DNA of 63,634 nt, filler included, from Octopus bimaculoides (lineage: Eukaryota): assembly GCF_001194135.2 (NCBI RefSeq). It is 4 parts of 4 records of this genome, joined end to end, with 100 filler letters (N's around TTAATTAATTAA, not from the genome) between each part and the next. Parts side by side here need not be neighbours in the genome. Positions count along the whole stretch, not along the records: positions 22,056 to 53,661 come from NC_068986.1; positions 53,762 to 61,128 come from NC_068987.1; positions 61,229 to 63,634 come from NC_069004.1; 1 more part is not named here. The stretch is one strand, 5' to 3'. Made by a program: the position numbers and the translations under genes. This document shows positions 52,090 through 63,634 of the stretch, one piece after another (the first letter of the stretch is position 1; every line of letters starts with the position of its first letter). The notes beneath the pieces were generated by a model. It had not been told where the DNA came from. It saw only the letters and a program-made list of their open reading frames with translations, and searched no databases.

Positions 52090-52620
52090 TCATTTATACC
52101 AACGAAAAATGCTTCTTATGATATGTGTACATTTCAGAGCATTATTCGTTAATTTGTTGATCAATTTACCCTTAGAGAAGATCATGCAGTAGAGTTCTGT
52201 CGTACAGAGCGAACAATACTTTCTTCCTCTCTCGTACGGCATTGATCTTGCTATTATAGACCATTCTAACGAATACTGTTTATTATTTTCTTTGAGATCC
52301 CAGATGTATTTGCTAAGACTGGTGCTAGCTATTTTATTTCTATCTCTAAAGGTCGTGAAGTGATTAGATATTCTCTTACATACCTGTCCTGAAGTACACC
52401 CAATATATCTCGTGGTACCTGTTTGGGTCTTTACTTTACATTGATATACTATATTTTTGACTTTTGCATTGGGTCCTTCAAATTTTAATCTCCTAGGGTT
52501 TACCTCATTTACTGTGATTATGTTCTTACTCCTACAGGCCTGACTCCTATTATTAATAATAAAAGTACCTTCATTATTATTATTACTATTATTGTTATTA
52601 CTATTATTATATAGTATATA
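52090..52620 (-). mobile_element. Second Naiad-like PLE, GIY-YIG C-terminus (absent from the ORF track because it has no Met)
   Basis: Manual translation: ...NEVNPRRLKFEGPNAKVKNIVYQCKVKTQTGTTRYIGCTSGQVCKRISNHFTTFRDRNKIASTSLSKYIWDLKENNKQYSLEWSIIARSMPYERGRKYCSLCTTELYCMIFSKGKLINKLTNNALKCTHIIRSIFRWYK*. Aligns with the C-terminus of the 18745 ORF. Confidence 0.88.
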
Positions 52621-52977
52621 TTATTTTATATNNNNNNNNNNNNNNNNNNNNNNNNNNNNNNNNNNNNNNNNNNNNNNNNNNNNNNNNNNNNNNNNNNNNN
52701 NNNNNNNNNNNNNNNNNNNNNNNNNNNNNNNCGGTAACGTCTATTATTATTGTATATATAAAATAATGCAAACGTGTAGCCTTTTTGTGTACTTTGTTTG
52801 CAGAAAATAAAGAAATAACAGTAATAACGTCAGTGAAAAATAAATATTAAGTAAATTGCCTTTACATATTTATCACTTAGAAAATATTTTCCATTTTTAA
52901 CCTCGTATATAGTACGCACTAGAAATTTTGACCTTTAAATTTTGGGGAATAAGTGCGGATTATACTCGAGGATTTAC

Positions 52978-53017
<40 letters not shown>

Positions 53018-53502
53018 CAAAAGATTCAGTAATCTTTCAGCTACCAAATGAACTTTTTTTCATTTACGTATTTTCTATGTTATCTCAACAACCAACAATA
53101 GTTATTTGAAATACACTGCTCTACAACGACCAGGTTTCATTAGAAATGAAAATAGTTTCATACTTTCAATATGAACCAAAATTACAAAGTGTTGCATTAC
53201 GAGAGTGACGATGTTTGAATAATGAAAGTAATGTTTCTCCGAATTAGTCACATCTGTACTATTATAAAGAAAGCTGCTTATCATCTATCTATATACATAA
53301 AGGCTACCAAATAAACTATGTTTTTGGCACAATAACTCTTTTTTTACCACTAAAGTAACCTTCTAATGTTTCACTTTCGTCCGATGTTTCACGCCTGCGT
53401 AGAATTCTACTCACACAAACTTTTATGAAGATGTACACATAAATATTGTATTAAAATAAGCTACGACCAAAAAAATGTCATCAAAATACAACCATTTTAC
53501 TT

Positions 53503-53550
<48 letters not shown>

Positions 53551-53787
53551 ACACATGCACATGCACACTTACATACAAAAAATATGTATTTATGTACGTG
53601 TATATGAAAGATTATGTGTGAAAGAGAGAGAAGAAGAGAGAGAGAGAGCGAGTGTGTGTGCNNNNNNNNNNNNNNNNNNNNNNNNNNNNNNNNNNNNNNN
53701 NNNNNTTAATTAATTAANNNNNNNNNNNNNNNNNNNNNNNNNNNNNNNNNNNNNNNNNNNNATATATATATATATATATATATATAA

Positions 53788-54120
53788 CTGTTATCGTTGC
53801 TTTAGGAGATATTATTGTGAGGTAACTATGTACAGCGCGTGGCGTAATGATCGTGAGGTTGTGAGTTCGATTTCTGGTGGTGCGTTGTGTCCTTGAGCAA
53901 GACACTTTATTTCACGTTGCTCCAGTCCATCCGGCAGACAAACATGAGTAGTATATGTATTTCAAAGGGCCAGCCTTGTGTCACACTGAATCCGCCGAAA
54001 ATTACAATAATGGTACGCGTGTCTGTGAGGTTCTCAGTCAGTTTTGAGCAGGCTGTTAGGTTGATCGGATCAACTGGAACCCTCGTCGTTGTAACCGACG
54101 GAGTGTCAGTTAATTTTATA
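53788..54120 (+). mobile_element. tRNA-derived SINE; its 5' flank and head are locally duplicated at about 54382-54448
   Basis: gcgtggcgtaatg...ggttgtgagttcgatt head, then tgtgtccttgagcaagacacttt body. Confidence 0.7.
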
Positions 54121-54285
54121 CATACAAGAAGGCATATATTAATGTACAACAACTTATAGGAATATGCAATACGCTCCATCATATCTCTCCCAAATCATCA
54201 GGCTGTACCGTAAGTGTCAAATATTGGTATGTTGTGACGTTGAAGATCGCATTTATCTACCTGTGTTTGTGCGTGTGTGTGCATA

Positions 54286-54321
<36 letters not shown>

Positions 54322-54470
54322 AGTCCCCTCTCTATCTCTCTCTTACCCCCCCCTCTCTCTATATATATATATAATTAGCTGTAATTGTTGCTTTAGGAGA
54401 TTTTATTGTGAGGTAACTATGTAATGATCGTAAGGTTGTGAGTTCGATATATATTTATATATATATATAT

Positions 54471-54530
54471 TCTGTGGTAGAAAGCTTGCTTGACACGCGG
54501 GCGGCCTGGGTTCGATTCCCGACCGATGCA
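54471..54530 (+). pseudogene. 5'-truncated tRNA-Gly(GCC)-derived pseudogene (anticodon mutated to GAC)
   Basis: tgtggtagaaagcttgcttgacacgcgggcggcctgggttcgattcccgaccgatgca closely matches the 3' 60 nt of metazoan tRNA-Gly GCATCGG...CCGATGCA. The 5' acceptor strand is replaced by (TA)n. Confidence 0.8.
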
Positions 54531-54660
54531 CAGGTTAATTTTTATAGCCAGTACTCCAACATGGTCGCAGTCAAATGACAAAAACAAGTAAAAGAATAAA
54601 AGAATACAAGAATATATGCATATGTGTACATATATATATGGAGAGAGAGAGAGTGAGAGA

Positions 54661-54706
<46 letters not shown>

Positions 54707-55094
54707 ATGTTATGAATATATACGCTGTAGTATATAAGTATTCGCTTAAAAAGGAACAATACCCTTGTATTCGAATGAGACTTAAACATTTGCCTACCCA
54801 CACACATGTGCATAAACGTGTTAAAATGTATTCATTCACTATTTCTATTCACCTCTGACCATCCGTGTCTATATGTTTATAATTTATGCATATATGTCTA
54901 TAATTTATGCATATATGTTAACAATTTATGCTTATATGTTCATAATTTATGAACATTGCAGGTATACAAATTTACCCGATGATAACTATTAACAAAGATA
55001 AAAAAAAACAAAGAAAAAACACAGAAACGAACTTACTTCTACTGCAGTCAGGATTCACAGACGTTTATATAGACCAGCGTTTGTCTAATATCCG

Positions 55095-55142
<48 letters not shown>

Positions 55143-55329
55143 CATAAAGACACACAGAGACATATGCAAATGAATGCACACACATACGTATGTATATATA
55201 TATATGTGTTTATGTGTGTATGTGTGTATGTGTTTATGTATGTATGTATGTATGCATGCATGTATGTGTGTGTGTATTGTTTTATAGAAATCATTTTAAT
55301 TATTTCGTCTTTTACTCTTTGCTTGTTCC

Positions 55330-55975
55330 AGTCACTTGTCTGCGGCCATGCTGGAGCACCACCTTCAACAATTCGCACGAATCGACCCCAATACTTATTT
55401 CTTAAAGCCAGGTGGTTATTCTATCACACATTTTTGCCGAACCGCTATTCTAAGCGGGCGTAAACACACCAGCACCGGTTGTCAAGCAGTGGTGGGGAGG
55501 ACAAACACAAACAGAAAGACACACATAAACACATATGAATTTGGGGCCTCTTTCAGTTTCCGTCTATGAAATCCACTCACAAGGCTTTAGTCGACCCGAG
55601 TCTACAACAGAAGGTACTTGACAAAGGTGCCACATAGAGGGACTGAACCCAGAACCATGTGGTTGGGGAGCAAACGTCTTACGACAGACACTCGCCTGCG
55701 CTTATATTGTGTATAACCATAAAATAAAATAGTTACCTGCATGGGTATCCACTGTTGTTATTCGGCAGTTAATATTTCTAGCGGTATTTCGTCTGCCGTT
55801 ACGTTCTGAGTTCAAACTCCGCCGCGGTCGACTTTGCCTCTCATTCTTTCGGGGTCGATTAAATAAGCACCAGTTAATCACTGGGGTTGATGTAATCGAC
55901 TCAATCCCCTTGTCTGTCCCTGTTTGTTCCCTCTATGTTTAGCCCCCTGTGGGCAATAAAGAAATAAATATTTAT
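55330..55975. mobile_element. Two SINE copies (antisense 55330-55700; sense 55770-55975)
   Basis: Family motifs as in the other SINEs; gagttcaaactccgcc B-box-like head and ggcaataaagaaata tail. Confidence 0.7.
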
Positions 55976-56090
55976 CATTTGTTATGTTGTTAACGCATAA
56001 TGGAAACCCTTTATGACTGGCCTGTAATGTCAACAAAGAAACTAAGGAGCAGACCTCAGGGAGGCATTGAGAGGAATTCTGTTATTCCTT

Positions 56091-56265
56091 ACAGTTCTAT
56101 ATTTAAGAGATGAGGAATTATGTACATTATTTACATTATTTACATTTGACGGATATTTGTCCTCATCTTGTTTGTTGTTAACACAAAGTTTCGGGCATAT
56201 AGCGTAGTGGTTAAGAGCGCGGGCTACTAACCCAAAGATTCCGAGTTCAATTCCAGGCAGTGACG

Positions 56266-56331
<66 letters not shown>

Positions 56332-56477
56332 TCGAAAAATACCTTAGGAATTAGAACCCAAGTTCGAAATTTCCCCAAGACACCTGATGGAGCCTGGAGA
56401 GTATATCAGCCAAAACATTGTGTTAAGAACAAACAAGAGGAGGACAAATGTCCGTCAAATATAAATAATAGAAATAA
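56091..56477 (+). mobile_element. Short composite element: inverted terminal arms, tRNA-like Pol III head, (AAT)n and a degenerate hammerhead-like core; 13-bp flanking direct repeat
   Basis: TCTGTTATTCCTT at 56078-90 and 56478-90; arms 56135-56200 and 56402-56470 are reverse complements; A box TAGCGTAGTGG (56200), B box GAGTTCAATTCC (56243). Confidence 0.75.
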
Positions 56478-56786
56478 TCTGTTATTCCTTGCTCTACACA
56501 TTGATGTCATTAGGGAATGTTATCTGCTTCATGAATAGTTGTAATCTCGAAATGGGAGGCGANNNNNNNNNNNNNNNNNNNNNNNNNNNNNNNNNNNNNN
56601 NNNNNNNNNNNNNNNNNNNNNNNNNNNNNNNNNNNNNNNNNNNNNNNNNNNNNNNNNNNNNNACTGAAACTATTTGGGAGCCTGTTGTACATGCACACAA
56701 ACACCACACACCAACTCACACACAAACATCACACATACACACATATACACACATATACACACATATACACACATATACATACATAC

Positions 56787-56820
<34 letters not shown>

Positions 56821-57666
56821 TTAAACCTATTTACCTATATACATATACGCATGCTTGGATGCATATATGTGTGTATGCTTAATTATTTATGCATTGGTTT
56901 CTGTGTCTAAATTCTTTACATATTTTTTCATTACTTCAGGCTTGATGCAAACATATTGAATTAAAACGCTCTGAGAGAAGGTGGTCTAAGAGAAGGCGTC
57001 GGAGGAAAAGAAGGAAAATAGACAAATGAATGAATCGAAAAGAGAAGAATAATAGCTTGCATAGAAAGTTAAAAAGGGAAAGACAGACGGACGGTCCCAT
57101 GTGAAGTTAAGGATCTAGATTATATGAAGTGGTTTAACTTGTAAGCCTCAGGGATGACGGATTAAAAGAGATGCAATAATATCTTTGCTGTATCCCCGGA
57201 TTAAATTGGTAATGTTCAAACTACTGAAGCAGCAGAACAACCCGAGCGCGAGGTCTTCTGTTCGCTTTCTTCGGACTGCAAAAAACATCAACTAACTCCC
57301 TCGAATCTCCTGTTTCTTAAGAACAAAAAAAAGGTCGCATTCATTTACGAAGTGATAAGAAAGTAAAACTAACAGGGATGTTAGTAACTGGAATACCCTT
57401 GATCATCGGTCTGCTCGATCGAGGCTGACTTGGGGTTAAATAAGAACGACAACAGTGTCGAGAAGAAACATTGAAATAATTATAACAACAATAATAAAAA
57501 AAACTGAACAACAACAACAACCACAGTAAGAAATAAACAACGACAACAACAACAACAAAAGTTACAGCGACATCATACAGCAGAACTGCAGCGACAATTA
57601 GTACACAAAATTTTTGAGATCACTAACAGTATTCGCCATAAAAAAAACTACAATAAAAATAACAAG

Positions 57667-57721
<55 letters not shown>

Positions 57722-57927
57722 GCTGATGCTATCGTACGACCGCAGTAGGAAAATTCTGTGAGAACCCAAAAGAATCTTTGAAAATTTCTCTGACGTCACA
57801 TTTAACAGCCAATTAATAAATTTTTCACAACAGCTATAAAAGAAAAGCAACTATAGAAGGATTAACATTCCGATATGATATCGCCTGGATTAAACTGGGA
57901 TTACAGTTTATCCGTTCAGTTATGTAG

Positions 57928-60285
<2,358 letters not shown>

Positions 60286-60899
60286 TAAGAGGATTATTTT
60301 TTTTCGTTTTATTGTTCTTCTTGTTTTTTTTTTGTGTGTTTACTCTGAATGTTTTAATGCTGAGAGATATGATAGAGTCAAAGAAAAAAAAACAACAATT
60401 GGAGTATTTATTTAAAGCTGTACCTCTTTGATCACACGAACGTTGAATGTGTACAGGGTCTTACAGCAATCAACAATACTTGACATTGCTTGAAGAGAAT
60501 CAACTTACAAAAGCTTTTGAAACCACATCGCTAAATAGTGTCAGACAAATACGATTTGCTGTCTTTGGACAAGTAATACAATATCTGTGATGTTAAAGTA
60601 ATCACCTATTAACCACATGCATAACAATTAATTGAGTTTTAGCTAAACAGAAATTTAAATTAATTGACATTGAGCTCTCGTCTATATTTGACCCTAAGAC
60701 TCTTGGAAAAATATAGAGTATGTGTTGTCATCTGTATGTGTTGTGCAGACGAATTTATTCTACCCTAGTTGTTATCAAAATTCCAGCATACACGCCTACC
60801 TACCCAGAAACACTAATAGTGAAACTTTTTGCTCGCTCGCACTTTATTAATGTGTTGAGAAAAGACTTCGCGTCCACGTGATTTTTTTTTCTTTCTTCA

Positions 60900-61058
60900 C
60901 CAGGCGTGGCTGTGTGGTAAGAAGTTTTCTTCCAAGTCACGTAGTTCCGGGTTCAGTCCCATTGCGTGGCACCTTGGACAAGTGTCTTTTATTATAACTC
61001 CGTGCCGACAAAAGCCGTGTGAGCAGATTTGGTAGACGGAAACTGAAAGAAACCCGTC

Positions 61059-61060
<2 letters not shown>
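60900..61060 (+). mobile_element. tRNA-derived SINE 5' half
   Basis: ggcgtggctgtgtggtaagaag...ccgggttcagtccc head; atttggtagacggaaactgaaagaa body. Confidence 0.85.
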
Positions 61061-61128
<68 letters not shown>

Positions 61129-61319
61129 NNNNNNNNNNNNNNNNNNNNNNNNNNNNNNNNNNNNNNNNNNNNTTAATTAATTAANNNNNNNNNNNNNNNN
61201 NNNNNNNNNNNNNNNNNNNNNNNNNNNNATATATGTATATATACACAGGCATATATCTATATATACATATACATATACACACACACATATATATATGTAT
61301 ACATGCGTGTGTTTATGTA

Positions 61320-61354
<35 letters not shown>

Positions 61355-61737
61355 TTAAATGTTACCGTTTATAAATGGAAGGGGAAAGGAGCACTCAATA
61401 CACAATTTACATGTTTACAGTGTTTATTTACACTGAATTCCATCTATCCTGAATTGTGTGAGTTTCATTCCACTGCCATCTTTTAGACTGCACACACACA
61501 CACACGCGCGCGCGCGCGCGCGAACATATACACACACATATACACACACGTACACATACACACATGTGTGTATGTATGTACATACATTGACACACACGCA
61601 TATATATACACACACACACACATACACATATACACACATATGAACACGTATACATATATACACATATATGAACAGATATGATATTAATATACTTTATATA
61701 TGTATTCACATGTATACGTATATCCTCACATGCATGC

Positions 61738-61774
<37 letters not shown>

Positions 61775-62139
61775 TACATGCCTACCTCTCCATAATGTAT
61801 AAATACATTACATTTAAAGCCACACGTTGCATGCAGTTCATTGTCTCAATGTTGAATAACATTCTCAGATCAAACCTGATCGATATTTGTCTTTTTGGGG
61901 CTTATGTACATTCATTGCTGTTTGATGTCATTAAAATAGAAATATCAGACAACACACTTCACCATGTCTCCACCCGGATTAACATAAACAAGGTGAAAAA
62001 TCAACGCCGAATTACTAAAAGGGGGAGAACAACAATGAAACAGTCAGAAGTTTTATGATAGGTGAATGAAGGTAGTGATAGAGTGAGTGAGTGAATAAGA
62101 GACACACACTATATAAAGGTGGATGTGTTGAAGTTTGAA

Positions 62140-62660
62140 GTTTTCATATGTTTATTTTTTTATATATTGTGTTATTATTTATACTACATCACACGCAGAA
62201 CCTTCCCTGCGTTGGATCTTGAGCCTACATTGAACCATGGACGTTTGTTTTGTATATGGTCCATACTTGTGAATGTATGCATGACTGGAAGTACAAATCC
62301 GTGCATGCCTTTGTGCAGTGTCTCTCAACAATTATTTTTTACCTATGGACTCCTTTGATTCTTATTATATTCTACTGCATCCCCACAACCATTCGACCCC
62401 CTCCTTAACCTGCTTCCTCCATCTGTGACGATGATAGGCATTGCTCTCCCAGCCGGTCTCCTGCATATCACAGGCCTTTAATGAGGACTTGACACTGTCC
62501 TTAAATCGCAGCCTTGGTTTCTGCTGGGGTCATTTTCCATTTACAAGTTCCTCATTTAACATTTGCTTAGCGATCCTGCTATCTTTCATTCTTATAAGGT
62601 GTCCATTCCAACGTAACCGGTGCTTGTGCACCATCGCCTCAATACTCAAAATATCAGCTG
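62140..62660 (-). mobile_element. RTE/BovB-like LINE C-terminal fragment
   Basis: SIEAMVHKHRLRWNGHLIRMKDSRIAKQML..EL..GK*..KPRLRFKDSVK..LK..A..R.RWR..V..GV. Confidence 0.85.
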
Positions 62661-62671
62661 TCCTCATATGC

Positions 62672-62713
<42 letters not shown>

Positions 62714-63634
62714 NNNNNNNNNNNNNNNNNNNNNNNNNNNNNNNNNNNNNNNNNNNNNNNNNNNNNNNNNNNNNNNNNNNNNNNNNNNNNNNNNNNNNNN
62801 NNNNNNNNNNNNNNNNNNNNNNNNNNNNNNNNNNNNNNNNNNNNNNNNNNNNNNNNNNNNNNNNNNNNNNNNNNNNNNNNNNNNNNNNNNNNNNNNNNNN
62901 NNNNNNNNNNNNNNNNNNNNNNNNNNNNNNNNNNNNNNNNNNNNNNNNNNNNNNNNNNNNNNNNNNNNNNNNNNNNNNNNNNNNNNNNNNNNNNNNNNNN
63001 NNNNNNNNNNNNNNNNNNNNNNNNNNNNNNNNNNNNNNNNNNNNNNNNNNNNNNNNNNNNNNNNNNNNNNNNNNNNNNNNNNNNNNNNNNNNNNNNNNNN
63101 NNNNNNNNNNNNNNNNNNNNNNNNNNNNNNNNNNNNNNNNNNNNNNNNNNNNNNNNNNNNNNNNNNNNNNNNNNNNNNNNNNNNNNNNNNNNNNNNNNNN
63201 NNNNNNNNNNNNNNNNNNNNNNNNNNNNNNNNNNNNNNNNNNNNNNNNNNNNNNNNNNNNNNNNNNNNNNNNNNNNNNNNNNNNNNNNNNNATATATATA
63301 TATATATATACATACATATGTATATATATACATGTGTGTGCGTAGATAGATGGATGGAGTTGAGGAATGTTCACAATGGTTGTGGTATACGCTGGTATTT
63401 TCCCGTGTGTCATACATGCTGCAGCTTGATTGAAACACTGCCAGTCAGTTGCAGTTCAAGTTTAGGCAGGAAGTCAACTTGAGCGCTATTTGCATCTACT
63501 TTACCATCTTACGTCATTAGATGTAATGTTACCTTTAAATATACGTACACACACACACGCACACACGCACACACACACATATAAATATATACATATATAA
63601 ATATATACATATATACATATACATACATATATAT

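Noticed and set aside
54471-54530. Functional tRNA with a recoded anticodon (Gly body, GAC anticodon)
   Set aside because: The 5' acceptor strand and part of the D arm are missing; pseudogene.
56197-56262. Functional tRNA-Ser(ACT)
   Set aside because: The acceptor stem does not pair, there is no long variable arm, and it lies inside a repeat element.

Overview
AT-rich, microsatellite- and gap-laden animal genomic window. The SINE families with (GAT)n tails and the microsatellite density suggest a cephalopod such as Octopus (inference). Two host genes are partly present on the + strand. The first is the last three coding exons of a C-terminal RASSF gene (RA + SARAH domains; 25535-25644, 30623-30744, 37233-37403). 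The second is the first coding exon of a heparan-sulfate 3-O-sulfotransferase (HS3ST2/3/4/6 / Hs3st-B type; 57928-60284) with an unusually long stem containing an internal duplication. Most of the rest is transposon debris: mariner, Tc1 and maT elements (one nested), Helitrons, a CRE-like RLE non-LTR element, CR1-like and RTE LINEs, two Gypsy LTR elements, Penelope-like elements (two Naiad-like GIY-YIG copies) and many tRNA-derived SINEs. The strongest leads are: (1) a Gypsy LTR whose primer-binding position is complementary to the first 12 nt of tRNA-Phe rather than to a tRNA 3' end; (2) recurring short foldback elements, several with minimal hammerhead-ribozyme-like cores, one fused to a Pol III tRNA-like head; (3) a Naiad-like Penelope lineage that lacks the Cys-rich linker before GIY-YIG. 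All calls come from manual reading and translation; no searches were run, and TE boundaries without TIR/TSD evidence are approximate.
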